NCBI GenBank assembly: GCA_030390025.1
Contig: CM059433.1
Span: 16,060,001-16,124,000, forward strand
Direction: 5' to 3'
DNA: 64,000 nucleotides
DNA from: Squalus acanthias
Lineage: Eukaryota
Positions 1 to 12,232 of this stretch are shown in pieces (the stretch's first letter is position 1; every line of letters starts with the position of its first letter). The notes under the pieces are model-generated. The model had not been told where the DNA came from, made no database searches, and was given only the letters and a program-made list of their open reading frames with translations. Position numbers and translations under genes: made by a program.

Positions 1-448
1 CGAGACTCCAGGATGGTATGTTGCCTCCCTGGTGCAAGGGTCAAGGATGTCTCGGAGCGGCTGCAGGGCATTCTGGAGGGGGACGGGTGAACAGCCAGTT
101 GTCGTGGTGCATATAGGTACCAACGATATAGGTAAAAAACGGGATGAGGTCCTAAAAGCTGAAGATAGGGAGTTAGGAGGTAAATTAAAAAATAGGACCT
201 CAAAAGTAGTAATCTCAGGATTGCTACCAGTGCCAAGTGCTAGTCAGAGTAGAAATAGAAGGATATTTCAGATGAATATGTGGCTAGAGGAATGGTGCAA
301 GGGGGAGGGATTCAAATTCCTGGGACATTGGAACCGGTTCTGGGGGTTGTGGGACCAGTACAAACCAGACGGTTTGCACCTGGACGAGACCGGAACCGAT
401 GTCCTAGGGGGAGTGTTTGCTAGTGCTGTTGGGGAGGGTTTAAACTAA
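1..448 (+). pseudogene. CR1 ORF1 C-terminal SGNH/GDSL esterase-like domain, with a frameshift near nt 80
   Basis: VVVHIGTNDIG and DGLHL motifs lie directly upstream of ORF2, as expected for esterase-containing CR1 ORF1. Confidence 0.85.
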
Positions 449-2878
449 AATGGCAGGGGGTTGGGAACCTGTGCAAGGAAACAGAGGAAAGGGAAGCAAG
501 GATAGAAACAAAAGACAGGAAGGAGAAAAGCGAAAGTGGAAGGCAGAGAAATCAAGGGTGTAAATCAAACAGGGCCACAGTAAATAATAATTCTAAAAGG
601 GTTAAGAGTGTTAAAAAATCAAGCCTGAAGGTTTTGTGTCTTAATGCAAGGAGCATTCATAATAAGGTGGATGAATTAGCTGCGCAAATAGATGTAAACG
701 GATGTGATATAATTGGGATTACGGAGACATGGCTCCAGGATGACCAAGTCTGGGAATTCAACATCCAGGGGTATTCAATATTCAGGAAGGACAGGAAAAA
801 AGGAAAAGGAGGTGAGGTAGCATTGGTGGTTAAAGAGGAGATTAACACAATAGTAAGGAAGGATATTAGCTCTGATGATGTGGAATCTGTATGGGCAGAG
901 CTGAGAAATACCAAGGGGCAGAAAACGTTAGTGGGAGTTGTATACAGACACCCAAACAGTAATGCTGAGGTTGGGGATGGCATTAAACGGGAAATTAGAG
1001 ACGCGTGCAATAAGGGCACAGCAGTTATCATGGGTGACTTTAATCTAGATATAGATTGGGCTAACCAAATTAGTAACAATACTGTGGAGGAGGAATTCCT
1101 AGAGTGTATACGGGATGGTTTCCTGGACCAATATGTCGAGGAACCAACTAGAGATCAGGCTATCCTACACTGGGTATTATGTAATGAGAAAGGATTAATT
1201 AGCAATCTTGTTGTGCGAGGCCCCTTGGGGAGAGTGATCATAATATGATAGAATTCTTCATTAAGAAGGAGAGTGAATTAGTTGACTCAGAGACTAGAGT
1301 CCTGAATTTAAATAAATGAAACTATGATGTTATGAGGCACGAGTTGGCTAGGATGGATTGGGGAACGTTACTTGAAGGGTTGACGGTGGATAGGCAATGG
1401 CAAACATTTAAAGATCGCATGGATGAACCACAGAATTTGTTCATCCCTGTTTGGCATAAAAATAAAACAAAAAAGGTGACTCAACCGTGGCTAACAAGGA
1501 AATTAGGGATAGCATAAGATCCAAGGAGAGGGCATATAATTTGGCCAGAAAAAGCAGCAAACCTGAGGATTGGGAGCAGTTTAGGATTCAGCAAAGGAGG
1601 ACAAAGGGATTAATTAAGAGGGGGGAAATAGATTATGAGAGTAAGCTTGCAGGGAACATAAAAACTGACTGTAAAAGCTTCTATAGATATGTGAAGAGAA
1701 AAAGATGAGTGAAGTCAAGTGTAGGTCCCTTGCAGTCAGAATCAGGGGGATTTATAATGGGGAACAAAGAAATGGCAGACCAATTAAATACATATTTTGG
1801 TTCTGTCTTCACAAAGGAGGACACAAATAAACTCCCAGAGATGTCGGGGAACATAGGGTCAAATGAGAGGGAGGAATTGAATGAAATCAGTATTTGTAGG
1901 GAAATGGTGTTAGGGAAATTGATGGGATTGAAGGCCGATAAATCCCCAGAGCCTGATAATCTACATCCTAGGGTACTTAAGGAAGTGGCCCTAGAAATAG
2001 TAGATGCATTGCTGGTCATCTTCCAAAATTCTATAGACTCTGGAACAGTTCCCATGGATTGGAGGATAGCTAATGTAACCCCACTATTTAAAAAAGTTGG
2101 TAGAGAGAAAACAGGGAATTATAGACCGGTAAGTCTGACATCGATAGTGGGGAAAATGCTAGAGTCCATTATAAAAGATGTAACAGCAGAACACTTGGAA
2201 AACAGTGACAGGATCGGACAAAGTCAACATGGATTTACAAAAATCATGCTTGACTAATCTACTGGAATTTTTTGAGGATGTAACTGGTAGAATAGATAAG
2301 GGAGAACCAGTGGTTGTGGTGTATTTGGACTTTCAGAAGGCTTTCGATAAGGTCCTGCATAAGAGATTAGCGTGCAAAGTTAAAGCACACGGGATTGGGG
2401 GTAAGGTACTGTCTTGGATAGAAAACTGGTTGGCAGACAGGAAGCAAAGAGTTGGAATAAATGGGTCTTTTTCCGAGTGGCAGGCAGTGACTAGTGGGGT
2501 ACCACAGGGATTGGTGCTAGGACCCCAGCTATTCACAATATATATAAATGATCGAGACGAGGGAACTAGATGTAATATCTCCAAGTTTGCAGACGACACA
2601 AAGCTGGGTGGGCGTGTGTGCTGTGAGGAGGATGCAGAGAAACTCCAGTATGATTGGGACAGGTTGGGTAATTGGGCAGATGCATGGCAAATGCAGTATA
2701 ATGTGGATAAATGCGAGGTTATCCACTTCGGTGGCAAAAACAAGAAGACAGATTATTATCTGAACGGCAATAGATTGGGAAAAGAGGAAGTGCAATGAGA
2801 CCTGGGTGTCCTTGTGCACCAGTCGCTGAAGGTAAGCATGCAAGTGCAGCAGGCGGTTAAGAAGGCAAATGGTATGTT
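1..2878 (+). mobile_element. CR1 LINE copy A, 5' part (ORF1 end, APE endonuclease and RT; frameshifted)
   Basis: ORF 634..1248 has APE motifs (LNARS, IGITETW, MGDFN). ORFs 1709..2257 and 2205..2798 have CR1 RT motifs (NYRPVSLTS, YLDFQKAFD, GVPQG, FADDTK). Interrupted at GGTATGTT by copy B. Confidence 0.95.
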
Positions 2879-5340
2879 ACATAAGAACATAAGAAATAGG
2901 AGCAGGAGTAGGCCAATCGGCCCCTCGAGCCTGCTCCGCCATTCAATAAGATCATGGCTGATCTGATCCTAACCTCAAATCTAAAGAACACAAGAAGTAG
3001 GAGCAGGACCCGGCCACTCAGATCCTGGGCCCGCTCCGCCACCTACAGGGCCTTGACCAATCCGAACTCAGCTTCATGTCCAATTTCCTGCCTGCTCCCC
3101 GTAACCCCTAATTCCCTTTACTTCTAGGAAACTGTCTATTTCTGTTTTAAATTTATTTAATGATGTAGCTTCCACAGCTTCCTGGGGCAGCAAATTCCAC
3201 AGACCTACTACCCTCTGAGTGAAGAAGTTTCTCCTCATCTCAGTTTTGAAAGAGCAGCCCCTTATTCTAAGATTATGCCCCCTAGTTCTAGTTTCACCCA
3301 TCCTTGGGAACATCCTTACCGCATCCACCCGATCAAGTCCCTTCACAATCTTATATGTTTCAATAAGATCGCCTCTCATTCTTCTGAACTCCAATGAGTA
3401 GAGTCCCAATCTACTCAACCTCTCCTCATATGTCCACCCCCTCATCCCCGGGATTAACCGAGTGAATCTTCTTTGTACTGCCTCGAGAGCAAGTATGTCT
3501 TTTCTTAAGTATGGACACCAAAACTGTATGCAGTATTCCAGGTGCGGTCTCACCAATACCTTATATAACTGCAGCAATACCTCCCTGTTTTTATAATCTA
3601 TCCCCCTAGCAATAAAAGCCAACATTCCGTTGGCCTTCTTGATCACCTGCTGCACCTGCATACTAACTTTTTGATTTTCTTGCACTAGGACCCCCAGATC
3701 CCTTTGTACTGCAGTACTTTCCAGTTTCTCGCCATTAAGATAATAACTTGCTCTCTGATTTTTCCTGCCAAAGTGCATAACCTCACATTTTCCAATATTG
3801 TATTGCATCTGCCAAATCTCCGCCCACTCACCCAGCCTGTCTATATCCCCTTGTAGGTTTTTTATGTCCTCCTCACTTTCTACTTTCCCTCCCATCTTTG
3901 TATCATCTGCAAACTTTGATATGTTACACTCGGTCCCCTCCTTCAAATTGTTAATATAGATTGTAAAGAGTTGGGGACCCAGCACCGACCCCTGCGGAAC
4001 ACCACTGGCTACTGGTTGCCAGTCCGAGAATGAACCATTTATCCCAACTCTCTGCTTCCTGTTAGATAACCAATCCTCCACCCATGCCAGAATATTACCC
4101 CCAATCCAGTGATTTTTTATCTTGAGCAATAATCTTTTATGTGGCACCTTGTTGAATGCCTTCTGGAAGTCTAAATACACTACGTCCACTGGTTCCCCTT
4201 TATCCACCCTGTACGTTAAGTCCTCAAAGAACTCAAGCAAATTTGTCAGACATGACTTCACCTTCATAAAGCCATGCTGACTTTGTCCTATTAAATTATG
4301 TTTATCTAAATGTTCCGTTACTGTCTCCTTAATAATAGACTCCAAAATTTTACCCACCACAGATGTTAGGCTAACTGGTCTATAATTTCCAGCCTTCTGC
4401 CTACTACCCTTTTTAAATAAGGGTGTTACATTAGCAGTTTTCCAATCTGCCGGGACCTTTGCTGAGTCCAGGGAATTTTGGAAAATTATTACCAAAGCAT
4501 CCACAATCCCTACTGCCACTTCCCTCAAGACCCTAGGATGTAAGCCATCAGGTCCAGGGGATTTATCCGCCTTGAGTCCCATTATTTTACTGAGTACCAA
4601 TTCCTTAGTGATTTTAATCGTATTTAGCTCCTCCCCCACTAGAGCCCCCTGTTTGTCCAGTGTTGGGATATTCTTAATGTCCTCTACCGTAAAGACTGAA
4701 ACAAAATATTTGTTCAGCATTTTTGCCATCTCCATGTTTCCCACCATTAATTTCCTGGTCTCATCCTCTAAGGGACCTACGTTTGCCTTAACCACCCTTT
4801 TTCTTTTTATATAACTATAGAAAATCTTGCTATCTGTTTTTATATTTTTTGCTAATTTATTTTCATAATCTATCTTCCCTTTCTTAATCAATCATTTAGT
4901 TACTTTTTGCTGTCTTTTGAAGACTTCCCAATCTTCTATCCTCCCACTAAGTTTGGCTACCTTATACGTCCTTGTTTTTAGTCGGATACTATCCTTAATT
5001 TCTTTACTTAGCCACGGATGGCTGTCATTTCTTTTACACCCTTTTTTCCTCAGTGGAATATATATTTTTTGAAAGTTGTAAAATAACTCCTTAAATGAAC
5101 ACCACTGCTCATGTACCGTCTTACCGTTTAATCTATTTTCCCAGACCACTTTAATCAATTCCGCTCTCATACCATCATAGTCTCCTTTATTCAAGCTCAG
5201 TACGCTTGTTTGAGAACCAACCTTCTCACCCTCTAATTGGATATGGAATTCAACCATGTTATGGTCACTCATTCCAAGGGGATCCTTAACTAGGACATTA
5301 TTAATTAATCCTGACTCACTGCACAGGACCAGGTCCAAGG
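2879..5340 (-). mobile_element. CR1 LINE copy B, young and 5'-truncated, inserted antisense into copy A
   Basis: Tail (TTCTTATG)n at 2879-2893. Host sequence GGTATGTT|TTGGCCTTC rejoins across it with a 2-3 bp duplication. Confidence 0.95.
3074..5338 (-). pseudogene. CR1 ORF2 (linker, RT and C-terminus), about 750 codons with one in-frame TGA at 4892-4894
   Basis: ORFs 4892..5338 and 3074..4891 are in the same frame. RT motifs NYRPVSLTS, GVPQGSVLGP and FADDTK are present. Confidence 0.93.
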
Positions 5341-5986
5341 TTGGCCTTCATAGCGAGAGGATTCGAGTACAGGAGCAAGGATGTCTTGCTGCAGTTGTAC
5401 AGGGCCTTGTTGAGACTACACCTTGAGCATTGTGTGCAGTTTTGGTCACCTTATCTGAGGAAGGATGTTCTTGCCATGGAGAGAGTGCAGCGAAGATTCA
5501 CCAGACTGATACCTGGGATGGCAGGAATGACGTGTGAGGAGAGATTGGGTCGATTAGGCTTATATTCGCTAGAGTTTAGAAGAATGAGAGGGGATCTCAT
5601 TTAAACTTATAAAATTCTAACAGGACTAGACAGACTAGATGCAGGAGGGATGTTCCCGATGGCGGGGGAGTCCAGAAACAGGGGTCACAGTCTAAGGATA
5701 AGGGGTAAGCCATTTAGGACTGAGATGAGGAGGAATTTCTTCACCCAGAGAGTGGTGAACCTGTGGAATTCTCTACCACACAAGGCAGTTGAGGCCAATT
5801 CATTAAATATATTCAAGAAGGAGTTAGATATATTTCTTAAGGCTAAAGGGATCAAGGGATATGGGGGAAAGCAGGGACAGGGTACTGAATTTGGATGATC
5901 AGCTATGATCTCATTAAATGGCGGAACAGGCTCGAGGGGCCGAATGGCCTACTCCTGCTCCTATCTTCTATGTTTCTATGTTTCTA
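5341..5986 (+). mobile_element. CR1 LINE copy A, 3' part with 3' UTR and (TTTCTATG)n tail
   Basis: Continues ORF2 from 2878 (LAFIARGFEYRSKDVLLQLY...RRNFFTQRVV) and ends in the CR1 3' UTR and tail. Confidence 0.95.
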
Positions 5987-6016
5987 AAGAAGCGACTCGA
6001 CATAATGCTGAACAAG
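5987..6016 (+). mobile_element. 30-bp island of the Gypsy pol host sequence
   Basis: Joined to 9225 onward it reads KKRLDIMLNKYKSMCSDSYEGITGYDA, resembling the Gypsy protease-RT linker. Confidence 0.65.
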
Positions 6017-9000
6017 GGAACGGTAGCGTAGTGGTAATGTCACTGAATTAGTAATCCCGAGGCCTGGACTAATGATCCAGAGACGTGAGTTCAAATCCCA
6101 CCACGGCAGCTGGGGAATTTAAATTTAGTTAATTAAATAAATCTGGAATAAAAAGCTAGTATCAGTAATGGTAACCATGAAACTATCAGATTGTCGTAAA
6201 AACCCATCTGGTTCACTAATGTCCTTCATTGAAGGAAATCTGCTGTCCTTACCTGGTCCGTCATATATGTGACTCCAGACTCACAGCAATGTGGTTGACT
6301 CTTAACTGCCCTTTGAAATGGCCTAGCAAGCCACTCAGTTGTAACTAACCGCTACGAAACCAAATAATAAGAATGAAACCAGACAGACCACCTGGCATCG
6401 ACCTCGGCACTGGCTACGGAGACGGCAACGGCACACCCAGCTCAGTCAACCCTGCCAAGTCCTCCTTACCAACATCTGGGTACTTGTGCCAATATTGGGA
6501 GAGCTGTCCCACAGACTAGTCAAGCAACAGCCATACATAGTCATAGCCAAACTCCTCCATCACCATCCCTGGGTATGCCCTGTCCCACCGGCAGGACAGA
6601 CCCACCAGGGGTGGCGGCACAGTGGTATACAGTCGGGAAGGAGTGGCCCTGGGAGTCCTCAACATTAACTCCGGACCCCATGAAGTCTCGTGGCTTCAGG
6701 TCAAGCATGGGCAAGGAAATCTCCTGCTGATTACTGCCCTCCCTCAGCTGATGAATCAGTACTCCTCCATGTTGAACACCACCTGGAAGAAGCACTGAGA
6801 GTAGCAAGGGCACAGAATGCACTCTGGGTGGAGGACTTCAATGTCCATCACCAAGAGTGGCTTGGTAGCACCACTACTGACTGAGCTGGCCAAGTCCTGA
6901 AGGACATAACTGCCATTCTGGGCCTGCGACAGCTGGTGAGAGAACCAACACGACGGAAAAACCTACTTGACCTCGTCCTCACCAATCTAGCTGTCGCAGA
7001 TGCATCTGTCCATGACAGCATTGGCAGCAGTGACCACCGCACAGTCATTGCGGAGACGAAGTCCCGACTTCACACTGAGAACACCCTCCATCGTGTTGTG
7101 TGGCACTACCACCGTGCTAAATGGATAGATTCAGAACAGATCTAGCAGCTCAAAACTGGATATCCATGAGGCGCTGTGGGCCATCAGCAGCAGCAGAATT
7201 GTATTCCACCACAATCTGTAACCTCATGGCCCGGCATATCCCTCACTCCACCACTACCACCAAGGCAGGGGACCAACCCTGGTTCAACAAGGAGTGTAGA
7301 AGAGCATGCCAGGAGCAGCACCAGGCGTACCTAAAAATGAGGAAGCTGCAACACAGGACTACATGCATGCTAAAAAGTGGAAGCAGCATTCTATAGACAG
7401 GGCTAAGCGATCCCACAATCAACAAATCAGATCAAAGCTCTGCAGTCCTGCCACATTCAGTCGTGAATGGTGGTGGACCATTAAGCAACTAACGGGAGGA
7501 GGAGGCTCCAAGAATATCCCCATCCTAAAAGATGGTGGAGCCCAGCACGTGAGTGCAAAAGACAAGGCTGAAGCGTTTGCAACCAACTTCAGCCCGAAGT
7601 GCCAAGTGGATGAGCCATATCGGCCTACTCCCGAGGTCCCCACCATCACAGAAGTCAGTCTTCAGCCAATTCGATTCGCTCCACGTGATATCAAGAAACG
7701 GCTGAGCGCACTCGATACAGCAAAGGCTATGGGCCCCGACAACATCCCGGCTATCGTGCTGAAGACTTGTGCTCCAGAACTAGCCGCGCCTCTAGCCAAG
7801 CTGTTCCAGTACAGTTACAACACTGGCATCTATCCGACAATGTGCAAAACTGCCCAGGTATGTCCTGTCGACAAAAAGCAGGACAAATACAACCTGGCAA
7901 TTACCGCCCCATCAGTCTACTCTCAATCATCAGCAAATTGATGGAAGGTGTCATCGACAGTGCTATCAAGTGGCACTTACTCACCAATAACGTGCTCACT
8001 GATGCCCAGTTTGGGTTCCGCCAAGACCACTTGGCTCCCGACCTCATTACAGCCTTGGTCAAAACATGGACAAAGGAGCTGAATTCCAGAGGTGAGGTGA
8101 GAGTGACTGCCCTTGACATCAAGGCAGCATTTGACTGAGTGTGGCATCAAGGAGCCCTAGTAAAACTGAAGTCAATGAGAATCAGGGGGAAAACGCTCCA
8201 CTGGCTGGAGTCATACCTAGCACAAAGGAAGATGGTTGTGGTGGTTGAAGGTCAATCATCACAGCCCCAGGACATCGCTGCAGGAGTTCCTCAGGGCAGT
8301 GTCCTGGGCTTCAGCTGCTTCATCAATGACCTTCCCTCCAGCATAAGGTCAGAAATGGGAATGTTCGCTGATGACTGCACAGTGTTCAGCGTCATTCGCA
8401 ACACCACAGATAATGAAACAGTCCATGTCCGCATGGACGACGTTCAGGCTTGGGCCGATAAGTGGCAGGTAACATTCGCGCAACAGAAGTGCCAGGCAAT
8501 GACTATCTCCAACAAGCGAGAGTCTAACCACCTCCCCTTGACATTCAATGGCATTACCATCGCCGAATCCCCCACTATCAACATCCTGGAGGTCACCATT
8601 AACCAGAAACTTAACTAGACCAGCTACATAAATACTGTGGCAAGTGTCTCACCTCCTGACTCCCCAAAGCCTTTCCACCACCTACAAGGCACAAGTAAGG
8701 AGTGTGATTGAATACTCTCCACTTGCCTGGATGAGTGCAGCTCCAACAACACTCAAGAAGCTTGACACCATCCAGGACAAAGCAGCCTGCTTGATTAGCA
8801 CCTCATCCACCACCTTAAACATTCACTCCCTCCACCACCGGCGTACCGTGGCTGCAGTGTGTACCATCTACAAGATGCACTGCAGCAACTAGCCAAGGCT
8901 TCTTCGGCAGCACCTCCCAAACGCGCAACCTCTTCCACCTAGAAGGACAAGGGAAGCAGGCGCATAGGAACACCACCACCTCTAAGTTCCCCTCCAAGTC

Positions 9001-9221
9001 ACACACCATCCTGACTTGGAAGTATATCGCCGTTCCTTCATCGTCGCTGGGTCAAAATCCTGGAACTCGCTCCCTAACAGCACTGTGGCAGTACCTTCAC
9101 CACACGGACTGCAGCGGTTCAAGAAGGCGGCTCACCACCACCTTCTCAAGGGCAACTAGGGATGGGCAATAAATGCTGGCATTGCCAGCGATGCCCTGAT
9201 CCCATAAATGAATTTTTAAAG
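6017..9221 (+). mobile_element. Non-LTR retrotransposon (APE endonuclease plus RT, no ORF1 seen) with a tRNA-like 5' head; clade uncertain and distinct from the CR1 and L2 copies here
   Basis: Endonuclease begins about 6456 (VLLTNIW..., DFNVHH, LLDLVLTN, SDH). RT motifs YRPISLLS, LDIKAAFD, GVPQGSVLG and MFADDC. Tail GGGATGGGCAATAAATGCTGGC followed by an A-rich end. Flanked by AAG at 6014-6016 and 9222-9224. Confidence 0.88.
6024..6097 (+). promoter_or_regulatory. Internal Pol III type-2 promoter (A and B box) at the LINE 5' end
   Basis: A box TAGCGTAGTGG at 6024-6034; B box GTTCAAATC at 6089-6097. Confidence 0.75.
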
Positions 9222-11959
9222 AAGTATAAAAGCATGTGCTCAGACAGTTATGAGGGCATCACTGGGTATGACGCGCCAACCGCATCAAGTCCAACGCGAA
9301 GCCTGTCTATTGTAAGGCAAGGCCGGTCCCCTATGCTTTGAAAAGTCAGGTGGAGGAAGAGCTAGTGAAGCTGAGAGAGAACGGATTGCTAGTAAAAACT
9401 GACAAAAGTGAATGGGCTACCCCGATTGTGGTAGTGCCCAAAGCAGACAAAACTGTACGCTTGTGCGGTGACTACAAAATTACTATCAACCAAGAAGTCG
9501 ATGATAAACAGTATGCATGACCTACATCACAAGATTTGGATGCAGCACTTTTTGCGTCAAAGGTTTTCTCTAAGCTTGGCCTGTTGCACACTTATGCTGA
9601 GCTGAATGTTGACAAAGAGAGTCAACAGTATCTCACTATCAACACACACAAGGGACTGTACTCATACACCAAGCTGCTATGGTATAAAGTCCTCCCCAAA
9701 GTCTTCCAGGCTACGATGGATAAGATTTTGCAAGGAATTCCAAATTGCTTATGCAATCAAGATGATGTGCTGATCGTAACAAGCGGTGAGGAAGAAAATC
9801 TAGAAGTGTTAGATTTTGTGCTTCAAAGGTTGAATTCTCACAATGTCAAATTGAAAATGAGCAAATGTGCTTTTGTACAGCCCAAGTGTACCTTGGTCTG
9901 AAAGTTGATGCAAATGGCTTGCAACCAGTTAAGGAAAATGTTGATGCTGTCATCAATGCTCCAAAGCCACAGAACGTGTCTGAGTTAAGATCTTTCCTTG
10001 GAATGGTCCAGTACTACACACGTTTCGTACCTGAGTTAGTGACCATGTTACCTCCATTACATGAGCTCCTCAAGAAGGAAGTCCAGTGGAAGTGAACAAA
10101 AGTGCAACAGGAAGCTTACGACGCTTGTAAGAGAAGTCTCTCTAGTGATGCTCTACCTGTGCACTACGACACAGAGCGTGAGCTTAAGTTAGTGTGTGAT
10201 GCTTCTAGCTACTGTGTGGGAGCTGTTATAAGCCATGTAATGGATGACGGCCATGAGAAACCAATCGCGTTCGCATCGCAAACCCTCACAAAGAGCGAAA
10301 GAAACTACGCGCAAATTTAAAAGTATGCACTCGCCATAGAGTTTGGAATCAAGAAATTCCAACAGTTCCTGATCGGCAGAAACTTTACCCTGATAACCGA
10401 TCACAAACCGCTCCTAGCACTATTGGGGCCCAAATCTGCCATCCCTGCAATGGCCACATCAAGAATACAACGTTGGGCAGTGTTGTTGTCACAATATGAT
10501 GACACGATTGAATATCACACTTCAAAACAAAACACAATCGCAGATGCTTTGTCCAGGTTGCCACATGAAGACTCGTGTGATTTTCACACTAGGTACAGTT
10601 GACAAAGATTTTCCCGTGAATGCAACTGAGATTGCAAATGAGACTCAAAAGGACTCAGTACTGAAAAGAGTGTATGAAAACACCTTGAATGGATGGACTG
10701 ATCAGTGTCTGGACAGAGTTGAAACCATTCCATTAATGTCGTACTGAATTGTCTTGTGAGCAAGGTTGTATCAAGTGGGGAAACAGAGTGGTGGTGCCTA
10801 CTTCTTTAAGAGTTAGAATTCTGGCCGAACTTCATACTGAACATCCAGGGATCGTCAGCCTGAAATCAATTGCAAGAAGTTTTGTTTACTGGCCTGAATT
10901 AGACAGTGATCTTGAATCACTTGTCAGCAAAAACAACGATTGCCAAAATTGCAGAAACAAACCACCCAAAACTCCACTAGAACCCTGATCATGGCCAAGT
11001 AGATCTTTTCAGAGAGCACATGTAGACTTCTGAGAGAAAGCAAATGATTATTTCCTGGTACTTGTAGATAGTCACTCAAAGTGGATTGAAATGAAACACA
11101 TGGGTTCAAATACTACAACTGAACGTACCACAGATGAGTTGAGGTCTATCTTCGCATGTCATGGCTTATCTGAAGAGCTTGTTTCTAACAATGGCCCTCA
11201 GTTCCGTTCTGCTCTATTCCAAGAGTTCATGAAATGGAACAGTGTCAAACACACTCTCGTTCCACCATATCATCCAGCTTCAAATGGAGCAGCCGAAAGG
11301 TCAGTCAGAAAAGTAAAAGAAGCTCTCAAAAAGCAAGTGTTGCAGTGTTGTTCGGGACTCAGCATGAAGCAACATTTGGCAAATTTCTTGCTGAAGTACA
11401 GAACTACTCCGCACACTACAACTGGATATACCCCAGCAGAACTCTTGATGAAGAGGAGATTGAGAACACGATTGAGTCTTGTTCAACCAAATTTGACGTC
11501 AAGAGTTGAACAGTAACAGTTGAGTCAGAAACATTATTATGACAGCAATCGGAAAGAACGCAGTTTCAGACAAAACGAGTGTGTTCGTGTTCTCAGTCCC
11601 CCGGCAAGTCGAGTTCACAGAAGTGGGATATAGGAATCATGGTCGAGGTTGGTGGAACTAAGACATATTTAGTTGAGGTTGGTGACAACATCCGAAGTGT
11701 TCGTGTAGATCAAATGATCTCTGCTAGAGATGAACCAAGACGTGATCTTGAACCACTTGATCATGAACACATACAGGAGTTTGACTCCGTTCAGACTTCA
11801 GAAACTGAAGTACCAGGTTCAAACAAATCTGAGATAGAAACAGGATCATCTTTGAGTTCTGAACTAGAACAAAACAGTCCAAAAATTGGTTTAACGCCAA
11901 AACCTTTTGTAAGGAGATCAGGAAGGCTCCGCAAACTTCTTATTAAACTGGATTTGTAG
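9222..11959 (+). mobile_element. Ty3/Gypsy pol remnant (RT, RNase H, integrase), heavily disrupted
   Basis: WATPIVVVPK...RLCGDYK, NQDD (decayed YxDD), ELRSFLG, CDASSY, TDHKPL, the H-x-x-H-PG zinc-finger part, LVSNNGPQF and PYHPASNGAAER, in RT-RH-IN order. Confidence 0.93.
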
Positions 11960-12085
11960 TTCATTTGTAGCATTTGTAGTTGATTTTTTAAAAAGCCAGA
12001 AGTTTTTGTTATGTGGTACACGTAATGCTGGGAAAGGTGGAACCATAGTGTTGTATTTGAGAGGGGAATATGTACATTTTTTTTT

Positions 12086-12232
12086 AAGGGGGAAAACAGT
12101 GTAATGTATTATCACATGGTTTGTCACATGTTTAGTACAAGCATGCTCAGTTCGCTCTGACCTAGTAAAGCAAGCTCATGAACTAGCAACTGGTGTCTCT
12201 GTCCTTCATTTGTTCTACCCGCATATATTACA
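12086..12232 (+). mobile_element. Polypurine tract and short 3' LTR (about 133 bp, 12100-12232) of the Gypsy element
   Basis: AAGGGGGAAAA after a T-run, then TGTAATGTAT...ATATATTACA (TG..CA ends, 9/10 inverted match). AGTAAA lies inside. Confidence 0.7.

Noticed and set aside
657..2843. Antisense ORFs over LINE ORF2 (also 15345-17009, 28910-29248, 47182-47418)
   Set aside because: These are shadow frames of CR1 coding sequence with no independent motifs.
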